DNA of 59,098 nucleotides from Octopus bimaculoides. Its lineage: Eukaryota. The position numbers and the translations under genes are program-made. This document shows, in pieces, positions 1 to 12,483 of the stretch. Every line of letters begins with the position of its first letter. Position 1 is the stretch's first letter. The stretch is taken from contig NC_068983.1 in the NCBI RefSeq assembly GCF_001194135.2, positions 85,768,081 through 85,827,178 of the forward strand, written 5' to 3'. Under the pieces are notes generated by a model, which searched no databases, was not told the origin of the DNA, and worked only from the letters and a program-made list of their open reading frames with translations.

Positions 1-345
1 AGGGCAAGGTCATCAGCATAGAGGAGCTCCCAGGGGCAACCTGTCTTGAACTCCTCTGTGATTGCCTGGAGGACTATGGTAAATAATAGGGGGCTGAGGA
101 CGGAACCTTGGTGGACCCCTACCTCTACCCGGAATTCATTGCTGTACTCATTTCCAACCCTCACCTTACTGGCCGCATCTCTGTACATGGCTCGCACAGC
201 TCTCACTAGCCATTCTTCTATCCCAAGTTTCCTCATTGACCACCAGATAAGGGATCGGGGGACCCTGTCAAAGGCTTTCTCCATGTCAACGAAAGCCAGG
301 TACAGAGGTTTATCCTTGGCTAGGTATTTCAGCAACAAAAATCCA
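1..345 (-). mobile_element. RTE-clade LINE fragment (RT core)
   Basis: Reverse complement matches the RT region of the larger RTE copy at ~6600-6950 (LAFVDMEKAFDRVP, GVHQGSVLSPLLFIIVLQAITEEFKTGCPWELLY-type motifs). Confidence 0.9.
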
Positions 346-1040
346 CACCATTTTACCATTTCATGTCAAGCAAACATCAGCTGCTACTAATACAATTAAA
401 CAATAATTGAAAGGTCACTGATGTTGCATTTAGCTGGCAGGCTGGACGAAAATTCAGTATTAGTGATGGAAGCAGTATTAGTTAAAAATTAGTGATCTAT
501 ATACATAAAGTGTGTATACTGGTGAAAGTCTTTTAAACACTGTGGTATTTATCTTGAGAAGGTATCTTTTAAGTATGTATAGTGTTACAAACACAGAAAA
601 ATATCAACAGCAGGCAAAGATAGTTCTCTCCCTTATTCTCATGACATTAATTAACATTTACAAGTTTATCTGGAAAGCAACTGTTTATAGATTTATCACT
701 GAAGTTTAAAATCTGTTTTATTGCATAATTTAAAATTATCAATTCCCATTGTTCATTCAATGCATTTACAAGAATCTTGTGTTAACAAGGAGATTCTTTT
801 TAATGCAATTCAATACAACAATCACCAACGAAGTCTTTGTGGAGCTTTTAAAGTAATTGCAATATTAATGGGTATACAAGTGGGACTCACCAAGTATTAC
901 TGCTTTCTATGGATTTAGGACAAGTGTGCTATTACAGTGCAATATATTAGAAGAGAATGGGCAACCAGAAGTACTGAGGAACTGATGATCTTGTAGAGCT
1001 GATAAGAGCATTATCACTCTTTGTTTAAATATAAAAGATC

Positions 1041-1136
1041 CTACTTCAAATCCTGTCTGGTATTATGTGCATATCCAGGAATTGGACAATCAGTGATGAT
1101 TGGAGGTCCGGTAGAATGCTGATTTGCTATATGCAC
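1041..1136 (-). CDS. Putative terminal coding exon of an unidentified gene: VHIANQHSTGPPIITDCPIPGYAHNTRQDLK*
   Basis: Acceptor gataagtttttctgcag|GTG, phase 0, open for 31 codons to TAG at 1041-1043, in unique (non-repeat) sequence. Phase matches the exon at 3099-3183. Confidence 0.55.
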   Translation of the reverse strand: MHIANQHSTGPPIITDCPIPGYAHNTRQDLK

Positions 1137-1201
1137 CTGCAGAAAAACTTATCTAGTACAGACAAGTATCCTATCTTGAGAGAAAATAATCTCTTACTAA
1201 T

Positions 1202-1426
1202 TTAACCCTTTAGCATTTAAACCAGCTATAACCAGCCCAAACATTCTGCCTGTTTGATGTTCAAATTGACCAAATCCAACCTCTCATACCTACCCTACAA
1301 TGTCAATCTAAAAATAAATAATATCATTGAAATCTTAAAGCTATGAGATAACACATGGTTAATTTAAAAGAATGTGAATAAATACACATCACATTTCACA
1401 GATTAATCTGAATGTTGAAGAGTTAA
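1202..1426. mobile_element. piggyBac-like MITE (family PB-1)
   Basis: TTAA at both ends; termini ttaa|ccctttagcatt ... aatgttgaagag|ttaa. Homologous copies at 18537-18761, 42010-42580, 43471-43580 and 52304-52928. Confidence 0.8.
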
Positions 1427-1504
1427 ATGCTTGTGATACTCAACTGCCTGAGATTGCTTCACATTCTACAATACAAACTCATGGTTTAAAGTGATCTAAA
1501 TTAA

Positions 1505-2375
1505 AACAATCTCAAAAGAAACCAGAATTTTACAATATTATTTTATTTAGTTTTACATGTTTACACTTTTATCGCCTTCAAAGTATTCTCCATTTGAAGC
1601 AATGCATCAGTCCAGATGTGTTTTCTACTGTTGGAAGCAGTGATAGAACTCTTGCGAAATAATGTCTTTTAACGCCTCTGTTGTTTTTTCTTCACCTCTT
1701 CCACATCTGCAAATTCTGTAGCACCAGCTTTCATCGCCAGTGATGACCTTCGAAAAAAGGTCTAGATCAACTTCCAGCTGTTTTTTTTCAGTTTATAACA
1801 AGCATTCAGTTGTGCTTGCTTTTGATCCTCCATGAGCAAGCAAAGCACAAATTTAGCTGTAACTCTTTTCATTTACAATTCCTCGTGCAAAATTCGTTGG
1901 CAGGAGCTCCAGGACACACAAGTCATATTAACAAGTTTGTCAATTGTTCGGTGATGGTCCTCCAAGACCAGTTTATGAAATGTGAGGTTGACAGTCGCCC
2001 TGAAAGAGATTGGTCCACATGCGACAAGTAACCATTCCTTAAGTGTGAAAGCCACTTGTAAACTATTGTTTGCTCATGGTAGCAGCCTTATAAGCTGTTT
2101 GAAGTGTGACAATTGTTTCAACCACTGTTTTCCTCAGCAGAAAACAGAATTTCATGGAAGCATGCTGCTCCTTCATTTCAGCCATCACAAAAATCGATGA
2201 ACAGGGGAGAAGCACTGCAAAAGAAAGATACACCACGTGGCAGTATGACCTGATCGGACAGTGTCGGTCAGCTGAATGATGCCTTCAGATTGCATCAAGT
2301 GGCTCCTAGAGGTGTCAATGGGCTTGTCATGGCACACACAGAACATTTCTGGTTACTTTTGGGTATTCCCTTGTA
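1505..2375 (-). mobile_element. Internally deleted mariner (DD34D-type) element with decayed transposase (remnant 1553-2185)
   Basis: Minus-strand translation MAEMKEQHASMKFCFLLRKTVVETIVTLQTAY...KRVTAKFV...KVITGDESWCY, then a jump to FADVEEVKK...CIASNGEYFEGD (typical mariner N- and C-termini). TIR remnants: caaaagaaaccagaa (left) versus the reverse complement caaaagtaaccagaa (right, ending in TA at 2374-2375). Confidence 0.85.
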
Positions 2376-3098
2376 GGATTTCCTTTTTTTGCACCATATA
2401 TTTTCACCCAATTCTGGCTTAAATGTCTCTCCTCTCATTAACAAGAGGTTCTTCTATTCTGACATTTAAGCACCTCCCAGTTGAGATGTTATAGAAGTGT
2501 TATAGAAGCAGTTCTTGGATAGTTTTAACTTTGGTGAGGAATCTGTGATGTGTAGTGTTACTTTTGAACATAGTTCTGATATTATGTGAATGCAGACTCC
2601 CTAAATTTTTTTTTCAGGTAATCCCATGCAGTAAAATTGTGAGAGAAAGTGGAACTTGCATACTCCTATTTGCTGAGTTGAAACATAGGTTATATTCTCT
2701 ACTTCATACGTGAAAGATTAATGAGAGAAAGAGTACTCAACAATAGTAACAAAAACATAAAGAGAAACTTTTGCAATTGATATATACAAACTACAGTTGT
2801 AAAAACACTATCATAAACATGTTAACCTAGAAAAAAAATGGGACAGATAAAAGTAATGCGTATATACATTCATACTTCCATACACACACGCATGCACACA
2901 CACACACATACACACAAACAAACACATGCTGAGATTTAAAGAGAAAGAAAAGTTACTTCAGTGAGCATGAAATTTGAAGCATCTTCATATAGTTATATTT
3001 CTATTTATTGTATCAACACATATGAACCTGTAATCACACACACATACATAAACACATATATGTATGCATGTGTGTGCTAAAATGTAAAGGAATCTCAC

Positions 3099-3183
3099 TT
3101 TGGTTTTGACAATTCCAGTTTTTTGATCAATGGAACTGAACTTTATATTTATGTAAGAAAGTAAAGTGGATCTCATACCAGTT
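3099..3183 (-). CDS. Putative internal exon: TGMRSTLLSYINIKFSSIDQKTGIVKTK (phase 2 to 0)
   Basis: Acceptor gaattgtcattgtag|A and donor AAA|gtgaga. 85 nt, open in a frame that joins the phase-0 exon at 1041-1136. Confidence 0.6.
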
Positions 3184-3409
3184 CTACAATGACAATTCCA
3201 GTTATTCAAACAAATTAATTAAAATGTAGGTAGCTGAGTATTCCACAGACACTTGTAGCTGTAACTTAATCTTCAGAAAGTATCAGTATGAAACAGTATC
3301 TGACAGGGCTAGCCTTTTGAATTAAAAATACAGTATATCCAATGGGCTATCACAGAGATTCTTGCAACTGGATTTCATTGACTACACTAGTGTAAATCTT
3401 ATATATATC

Positions 3410-4075
3410 ACCATCATCATCATCATCATCGTTTAACGTCCGCTTTCCATGCTAGCATGGGTTGGACGATTTGACTGAGGACTGGTGGACCAGGAGGCGA
3501 CACCAGGCTCCAATCTGATTTGGCAGAGTTTCTACAGCTGGATGCCCTTCCTAACGCCAACCACTCTGAGAGTGTAGTGGGTGCTTTTACGTGCCACCAG
3601 CATGAAGGCCAGTCAGGAGGTACTGGCGATGGCCACACTCAAAATGGTGTATTTTACGNNNNNNNNNNAATCTGATTTGGCAGAGTTTCTACAGCTGGAT
3701 GCCCTTCCTAACGCCAACCACTCTGAGAGTGTAGTGGGTGCTTTTACGTGCCACCAGCATGAAGGCCAGTCAGGAGGTACTGGCGATGGCCACACTCAAA
3801 ATGGTGTATTTTATGTGTCACCTGCATAGGGGCTGGTCCATCAGCAATGGCAACGATCTTGCTCGAATGTCTTTTCACGTGCCAGGAAGGCGACGTTGGT
3901 AACGATCACGCTGGTGCTATTTATGTGCCATGTGCACGGAAGCCCGACAGCTGCTCTGGCAACGATCGTGCGCAGACGGCGCTCTTAGTGCTCCACTGGT
4001 CCAGGTGCCATCACGATTTCGCTTGCCCCAACAGGTCTTTGCAAGCCGAGTTTAGTGTTCCTACAAATTTAGTTC
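3410..4075 (-). mobile_element. RTE 3'-end / RTE-tailed non-autonomous element with (GAT)n tail
   Basis: (CAT)n followed by gtttaacgtccgctttccatgctagcatgggttggacg, the reverse complement of the RTE tail at 8250-8402. The first ~130 bp are duplicated across an 11-N gap. Confidence 0.85.
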
Positions 4076-4095
4076 GATTTCGATTTCAATTTAGT

Positions 4096-4139
<44 letters not shown>

Positions 4140-4248
4140 CATACATATATATATATATGTGTGTGTGCGTGTGAGACCGTATGGGGTCTACATCTAGCAT
4201 ATTGGACATCCACTTAGTGGTCATCCCTCTTATATGTATATATGTATG

Positions 4249-4307
<59 letters not shown>

Positions 4308-4554
4308 GTTTGTGTGGGTTTTTGCACTTTTTTCAGTCATTGAACTGCGAGCATGGTGGGTCACTGTCTTCAAGGATTTAGTCAAACTGATCCCACTACT
4401 TATTCTTTTTTCAAAGCCTAGTACTAATTCTATTGGGCTTTTTTGCTGAACTGCTAACTTACAGGAGCATAAACAGATGAACACCAGTTGTCAAGTGGTG
4501 GTAGTGGACAAACACATACACAAAGACACACACACAAAAGGTATATACATGTGA

Positions 4555-4604
<50 letters not shown>

Positions 4605-5049
4605 NNNNNNNNNNNNNNNNNNNNNNNNNNNNNNNNNNNNNNNNNNNNNNNNNNNNNNNNNNNNNNNNNNNNNNNNNNNNNNNNNNNNNNNNNNNNNNNN
4701 NNNNNNNNNNNNNNNNNNNNNNNNNNNNNNNNNNNNNNNNNNNNNNNNNNNNNNNNNNNNNNNNNNNNNNNNNNNNNNNNNNNNNNNNNNNNNNNNNNNN
4801 NNNNNNNNNNNNNNNNNNNNNNNNNNNNNNNNNNNNNNNNNNNNNNNNNNNNNNNNNNNNNNNNNNNNNNNNNNNNNNNNNNNNNNNNNNNNNNNNNNNN
4901 NNNNNNNNNNNNNNNNNNNNNNNNNNNNNNNNNNNNNNNNNNNNNNNNNNNNNNNNNNNNNNNNNNNNNNNNNNNNNNNNNNNNNNNNNNNNNNNNNNNN
5001 NNNNNNNNNNNNNATATAAGTATATATATATAAGTATATATATATATAA

Positions 5050-5082
<33 letters not shown>

Positions 5083-5090
5083 TATATATA

Positions 5091-8000
5091 TGGGTAGATA
5101 AGGTCATAGAGGTAGTGAGGGTGTGCGATAGAGTACTTAGACTCAGGCTACTCTTGCAGAATGGTATAGCTACAATTATCTCTGCCTATGTCCCGACAAG
5201 CAGGCCTACCAATTGAACAGAAGGAACACTTCTTTGATATTCTTCTGCAGGCTACCTCAAAGACAAGTGACAATAATCTCATCTTTGTGGCTGGAGATTT
5301 TAATGGGTATGTTGGACAGCAACCTGGTATCTTCTATGGTGTACATGGAGGCAATGGAGTTGGTACCAGAAATGAAGAGGGAACTAGGCTCCTGGAGTTC
5401 TGTGATGCAAATAACCTATTGTTCTACAACACCAGCTTCAGGAAACCAGCTAGCTATCTGATAATCTATCAATCAGGTGACTCTGCTAGCCAGATTAATT
5501 TAATTCTCACCAGACAGCAGGATGCATGGTTGCTCTTAAATACAAAGACCCTCCCAGGTGAAGAATGTACCCTGCAACAGAGACTGGTTATTAGTGACTT
5601 GAGACTCAAGGCCAGAAGGATTCCAAAAAGCAGACCAGTCTGGAAAAGAAGGACTTGGAAGCTTAAGAACCCTTCACATGGTCAGAAATTTAGGGATATC
5701 CTTACCGAGAAATTTGATGATAGGGAGGAGGGACTACAGTCCTGTGACATAGAAGGCAGCTGGGAATTCCTGCGAGACAGCTTGCTGACTACTACAGACC
5801 AAATCTGTGGCTGGTGCAAAGTCCCTTCCAGACCTAGGGTAACATGGTGGTGGAACAATACTGTAAACAGGGCCATTAGAGCAAAGAAACAGGCTTGAAA
5901 GGCCTGGAAGAGTGGGAGTAGCAGGAGAATGTATCAGATAGCCAAAAGGGAAGCTAGGAGACAGGTATATATAGCCAGGAGAGTAGCAGAAAAGAAGAAG
6001 TTTGCCAATGTTCAGTGAAGTATTTCAGATTGCAGGACAGTGTGTGAGAGAAAACTGTGATGTCATAGGAGAGAAATGTGTCTGCATGGATGATAGTAAC
6101 CTTGCATTCAATGATTCTGCAAAGAAAGAGGCTTGGAGATGCCATTATGAAAGACTGCTGAATGTGGAGAATGAATGGGAGGAGGAGAGTCTGCCAAAGG
6201 TTGACCCAATTGAGGGACCAGCTACCCGAATCTACAGTACCCTGGTAGATAAAGCAATTAAGGATATGAAGACAGGGAAAACACCTAGCCCATCAGGAAT
6301 CACAGCTGAGATACTTAAAATATTGGGTGGTGTGGGTTATGGTCTTGTCACCCACATCGTAAATCAGGTAGTTTATGAAGGAGTCATCCCCAATGACTGG
6401 TGTAGCAGCACCATAGTCAACTACTACAAGGGTGAAGGTGATGCTTTAAATATAAATAACTATAGGGGTATCAAACTATTGGATCAGGTGATAAAAGTTA
6501 CAGAGAAGGTCATAGCCTAACTAATTAGGGAGCGAGTCAGTTTAGATGAGATGTAGTTTGGTTTTGTGCCAGGTAGAAGCACAACTGATGCTATATTTCT
6601 GGTAAGGCAACTGCAGGAGAAATACATAGCCAGAGAAAAACCTCTGTACTTGGCTTTTGTTGACTTGGAGAAAGCCTTTGACAGGGTCCCCTGATCCCTT
6701 ATCTGGTGGTCAATGTGGAAACTAGGGATAGACGAGTGGTTGGTAAGAGCTGTACAAGCCCTGAACAGGGATGCTGTCAATAAGGTGAAGGTTGGCAACA
6801 AGTATAGTGAGGAATTCCGAGAAGTAGGGAGTTCACCAAGGATCAGTCCTCAGCCCCCCCCCCCTCTTATTTATTACAGTCCTCCAGGCAATAACAGAGG
6901 AATTCAAGACAGGCTGCCCCTGGGAGCGTCTCAATGCTGATGACCTTGCTCTAATAGCTGAGTCACTGCCAGAACTTGAGATGAAGTTTAGGGTGTGGAA
7001 GCAAGGTCTAGAATCGAAGGGCTTTAGGGTTAACCTAGCAAAAACCAAAGACTTAGTAAGTAGGAAGGCTGTCAAATCACAACCCCCTTCAGGTAGATGG
7101 CCCTGCTCGATCTGTAGAAAAGGCATGGGTAAGAAACTATATAAGATGTACTTGGTGTAAGCTATGGACACATAAAATGTGCAGCAATATCAAAGGAAGG
7201 CTAACTAGCAAGATAGTTTTTGTGTGTGGCAGATGCAGAGGCAATAAACTCTGAAGATGTACAGAAAACAGGTTCCATCACATGCCAGGGGAAGAAACTA
7301 GAAGTAGTTAATAGCTTCTGCTACCAAGGCGACCAAGTCTGTAGTGGAGGTGGTTGCTCTGAGAGTGTAGCGGCTAGAAAAGAATAGCCTGGGCAAAGTT
7401 CAGAGAGCTCCTACCTCTGCTGGCAGCTAAGGGCCTTTCGCTCAGGATGAAAGGTAGACTGTATGATGCATGTGTGTGAATGGCCATGCTACATGGCAGT
7501 GAAACATGGGCCATGACTGCTGAGGACATGCATAGGCTTGAAAGAAATGAAGCTAGTATGATCTGCTGGATGTGTAATGTCAGTGTGCATGCATGACAGA
7601 GTGTAAGTGCCCTGAGAGAAAAAGTTGGGCATAAGAAGCATCAAATGTAGTGTGCAAGAGAGACAACTGTGCTGGTATGGTCATGTGTTACATATGGATG
7701 AGGACAGCTGCGTGAGGAAATGCCTCGCTAACTGTGGAAGGAACCTGTGGAAGAAGTAGACCCAAGAAGACATGGGATGAGGTGGTGAAGCATGACCTTC
7801 GAACATTGGGCCTCACAGAGGCAATGACAGAAGACTGAGACCTTTGGAGATATGCTGTGATTGAGAAAACCCAGCAGCTAAAGTGAGATCACAGCCACGC
7901 ATGTCCGGCCCAGTTAAGAGTAGCCCTGACGTGTAGTGCGATATGATATGCTTGAGAAGACCTGTTGAGTCAAGTAGAACCAAAATCGTAGCTGTGGCCA

Positions 8001-8400
8001 GTGCCCCCTGACTGGCTCCCGTGCCGGTGGCACGTAAAAATCACCATCCGAACATGGTTGATGCCAGGTCTACCTGACTGGCTCCCGTGCCAGTGATACG
8101 TAAAAAGCACCATCCAAATGTGGCCAATGCCAGTACCCTCTGACTGGCCCCCATGCTGGTGGCATGTAAAAAGCACTATCCGAACATGATCGATGCCAGG
8201 CCCACCTGACTGGCTCCTGTGCGGTGGCATGTAAAAAGCACTACACTCTTGGAGTGGTTGGCATTAGGAAGGGCATCCAGCTGTAGAAACATTGCCTGAT
8301 CAGATTGGAGCCTGATGCAGCTGCTGGTTCTCCAGACCTCAGTCAAACCATCCAACCCATGCCAGCATTGAAAAGGGACGTTAAACGATGATGATGATGA

Positions 8401-8402
<2 letters not shown>
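5091..8402 (+). mobile_element. 5'-truncated RTE-clade LINE: AP-endonuclease C-terminus, RT with PHD-like insert, tandem-repeat 3' UTR, (GAT)n tail; inactivated by stops and frameshifts
   Basis: ORFs 5188-5898 (IFVAGDFNGYVG, FCDANNLLFYNTSFRKP, QRLVISDL = APE) and 6002-6520 (KTPSPSGI, NYRGIKLL), plus AFVDLEKAFDRVP and LNADDL(RT) motifs. C-terminal MLHGSETWAMT. Tail gatgatgatgat at ~8387-8402. Confidence 0.95.
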
Positions 8403-8446
<44 letters not shown>

Positions 8447-8512
8447 GCACACAATAATCATCATCTATATTATATCTGAGTATAATATAGTATTGAAGCA
8501 AAAGACTCTTAC

Positions 8513-8582
8513 AATACCATCTTATTAATTGAACCATCTGAGAAGCATTCATTGTATATGCAAATTGGCAGATCCAGTTTAT
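8513..8582 (-). CDS. Candidate exon: DKLDLPICIYNECFSDGSINKMVL (or the shorter 8513-8537 form, DGSINKMVL)
   Basis: Donor TATT|gtaaga. Two in-frame acceptors: atgcttctcag at 8538-8540 and a weak gatag at 8583. Ends in phase 2, matching exon 3099-3183. Confidence 0.4.
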
Positions 8583-9269
8583 CTATCTATCTATCTATCT
8601 ATACACACATATATATATGTGTGTGTGTGTTTGTGTTTGTCCTCTAGCATCACTTGACAACCAGTGTTGGCGTGCGTACTTCCCTGTAATGTAGCGGTGT
8701 GACAAAAAAGACTGATAGAATAAGTACCAGGCTTAAAAAAACAAAAAGACTAAGTACTGGGGGTTGATTCATTTGATGGAAAATTCTTCAAGGTGGTGCC
8801 CCAGCATGGTCACAGTCTAATGACTGAAACAAGTAAGAAATAAAAGATAAACAGTTGGTAAAAACAACCATAGATATATTCTGAAGTACAATATATCATT
8901 TTAATGTCCAGTCTTTTCCTGTTTGCATGTCATGGGATTCATTGAGGTAGATCCTTTACGGCCAAAGGCTTTTCCTGTCACCAACCCTCACTTGTTTCCA
9001 AGCAAAGTTATATTTTCTCAAAGTTATATTTGCATGAGTGAGGCACTCATTTATTACTATCATGTGATATCAAGATGAAGCTGTACAAACACACACACAT
9101 GTACACAAACATACTATATATGTGACATTGAACCTGAAACCAAGTGGTTGGGAAGCAAACTTCTTAACCACACAGTTATGTTTATATACATACACCTACA
9201 CATAATGAAAAGATGGAAGTTGAATTGGGAAATATTTGCTAGAAAATATATTTGTCTTTTATTTTTTAT

Positions 9270-9640
9270 TTGTTTCAGTCATTAGACTGTGGCCATGCTG
9301 GGGCACTGCCTTGAAGAATTTTTAATTGAATGAATCAACCCGAGTGCTTTTTTTTTAAAGCCTGATACTTACTCTATTGAATTCTTTTGTCAAACTGCTA
9401 AGTTACAAAGATGTAAACACACCAACACTAGCTGTCAAGTGGTGGTGAGGGACAAACACATACGCAAAGACATACACACACATATATACAACGGGCTTCT
9501 TTCAGTTTTTGTCTACAAAGTCCAGTCACAAGGTTTTGGTTGGCCTAAGGCTATAGTAGAAGATACTTACCCTGGCGCCATGCAGTGGGACTGAACCTTG
9601 ACCAATGTGGTTGGGAAGCAGGCTTCTTACCACACAGCTA
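9270..9640 (-). mobile_element. tRNA-derived SINE family B
   Basis: Homologous to the plus-strand copy at 19977-20345. Confidence 0.85.
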
Positions 9641-10449
9641 TCATCGCCGTTTAATGTCCGCTTTCCATGCTAGCATGGGTTGGACGATTTGACTGAAGAC
9701 TGGTGGACCAGGAGGCGACACCAGGTTCCAATCTGATTTGGCAGAGTTTCTACAGCTGGATGCCCTTCCTAATGCCAACCACTTTGAGCATGTAGTGGGT
9801 GCTTTTACGTGCTACCGGCATGAAGGCCAGTCAGGCGGTACTGGCGATGCCATGCTCAAAATGGTGTATTTTACGTGCCACCTGCACAGGAGCCAGTCCA
9901 TCGGCACTGGCGACGATCTCGCTTGAATGTCTTACTGGCAACGGCCATGCTCAAAACACACAGCTATGTACATATAAATATATTTATGTGGAGGCATGTG
10001 ACTTAATGGTCAGGGTGCTGCACTCATGAGAGTAAGATTGTGGTTTTGGTTCCTGGACTGGGCAATGTATCGTGTTCTTGAGCAAAGCACTTCATTTCAC
10101 TTTGCACCGGTCCACTCAGCTAGCAAAAGTGAATAATCCTACATGGACCAGCATCCCATCTATGTAAGGAATATACATGTCTCAGAACGTGGAAAACCAG
10201 CTTTATGAGCCTAAGGCTGGGGATGGGCCTATGATTTTCTTTGAGATATCTATAAGGCTTAAAATTCATTTCTGATTTAAGTGTAAAGCTTGAGATTTTA
10301 AATGAAACTGAATGGGGAAAACATTGTTTTCAGGATGTTGAAAGTGGTTTTTGTGTACATGACAAGTAACAGAGTGGTAACCTTGTTTCATTCCCAGTAG
10401 GTATCTTGTTAAACTTTTTTTGTAACATACTTTTGAGAATAGCATATTT

Positions 10450-10657
10450 GAAAGCAGAGCGAGCCAGCAGAATTGTTAGCACACTGGGCAAAATGCTTAG
10501 CAGTATTTTGCTTGTCTTTAATGCTGTTGGGCTTGACTTTGTCTTTCATCCATTTAGGGTTGATGAAATAAGTATCTGATGAACACTGGGGTCAATGTAA
10601 TTGACTTGGCCCCTTTCCCAAAATTGCTGGTCTTGTGCCAAAATTTGAAACCAATAA
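10450..10657 (+). mobile_element. tRNA-derived SINE family E (carries a gacttt/gcctttcatcc...gggtcgat..aagta central domain resembling the Meta-SINE domain)
   Basis: Same family as 12960-13190 (+), the 29782-30885 array (-), 53040-53250 (-) and 54515-54735 (-). Confidence 0.75.
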
Positions 10658-10976
10658 CCGCGTATTTTAAGTTTTCTTTCATCTTCATAAGAAGTAGATT
10701 CATTTAAACTGTCTAATGGATGATATAGACAATAGAAAAAAAAAATGATAAGAATAAAGAAAAGAAAAATAACAAAATATGGATTTAAAATCTTGAATTG
10801 CTAATGATTAAGTAACAGAGAAATACTGAAATTAGTTTGACAATAGTTTTGTTGAAACAAATAGAAATCTTAGCTTTTTGTTCAATGATAATTTAGTCAG
10901 TCACTCATTGTTTTATGATTTAGTAATGACGAATACATATATTTATTCAAATTCAACACACTCATGCACATATATA

Positions 10977-11060
<84 letters not shown>

Positions 11061-11401
11061 AATACACACATATACACACAACACAGTGCCTAAATCATTT
11101 TGAAATCATATCATTTAAGCAGCTGATGTCAGAAAATATTCTGGTTGTATCAGACTGGACTTTGTTTTGTTATTGCATTTCTGCTTGTTACTGACAAGTG
11201 GTAGTTTGTGGTCTTGCCTGTTTTGATTTTGTTGTTGTTTTGGTGTGCTTTGCTGGGATTGTACAGGTTCTTAGGTCATTGCTCCAAGGTGAAGTTAGTA
11301 ATGGGGTTAGATATATAATATGTATAATTTTATTCATACAGCCTATAAATAACTAGTTTAGCATGATCAAATTGCTAACATAATGCAAATACAAACATAC
11401 C

Positions 11402-11443
<42 letters not shown>

Positions 11444-12194
11444 GAAATATAATATTTCTAAATCTCTCAGAGAGATTTAAGCGGTAGTGGAGCGATAAAG
11501 TTGTAGTATATTGTCAACTTAATGTGACAATCCCAATAAGGGAACACACTACTGCCGTTTAGCCCTAGGAAGCTGGACCGCTTCCTGTCGGCCTTGACAC
11601 AATTACTGNNNNNNNNNNNNNNNNNNNNNNNNNNNNNNNNNNNNNNNNNNNNNNNNNNNNNNNNNNNNNNNNNNNNNNNNNNNNNNNNNNNNNNNNNNNN
11701 NNNNNNNNNNNNNNNNNNNNNNNNNNNNNNNNNNNNNNNNNNNNNNNNNNNNNNNNNNNNNNNNNNNNNNNNNNNNNNNNNNNNNNNNNNNNNNNNNNNN
11801 NNNNNNNNNNNNNNNNNNNNNNNNNNNNNNNNNNNNNNNNNNNNNNNNNNNNNNNNNNNNNNNNNNNNNNNNNNNNNNNNNNNNNNNNNNNNNNNNNNNN
11901 NNNNNNNNNNNNNNNNNNNNNNNNNNNNNNNNNNNNNNNNATATATATATATATATATATATAAAATCACCATTATTTAACATCTACTTTTTCATGCCAA
12001 CAGGAAATCATCAATGGCCAAATGTTCTGGTTCCAACTAAGTCAATATTTCCCCATGATCATAACATGTTTTCACAGAATACAGTATTGAAAAACACAGT
12101 TTCTATTACGGTGACACTCATTTACAACTATCCCATGATGTTAAGGCAAGGAAACAGTAAAACACACACATTCATATATATATATCTTACCGTT

Positions 12195-12412
12195 TACTTG
12201 TTTCAGCCATTAGGCTGTGACCATGCTGGGGCACAACCTTGAAGAACTTTTACTTGAATGAATTGATCCCAGTACTTGTTTTTTGTTAAGCCTAGTACTT
12301 ATTCTATCGGTCTCTTTTTACTGAACTGATAAGTTACAAGGATGTAAACACCCCAACACCAGTTGTTAAATGGTGGTTGGGGAAAAGTACAAACACAAAG
12401 ACACACACACAA

Positions 12413-12483
<71 letters not shown>

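Noticed and set aside
3490-3800. Apparent ~130-bp tandem duplication
   Set aside because: The copies are identical and separated by an 11-N gap; most likely unmerged contig overlap.
4069-5107. Long ORFs rich in YI/HT/CV repeats or X (also 10878-12667, 33825-34271, 58522-58773)
   Set aside because: Translations of (TA)n/(CA)n microsatellites and N gaps.
10659-10712. Possible minus-strand exon SLNESTSYEDERKLKIR, phase-compatible with 8582
   Set aside because: Good acceptor, but the donor (gttatt) is weak and formed by an adjacent SINE tail; not supportable without RNA data.
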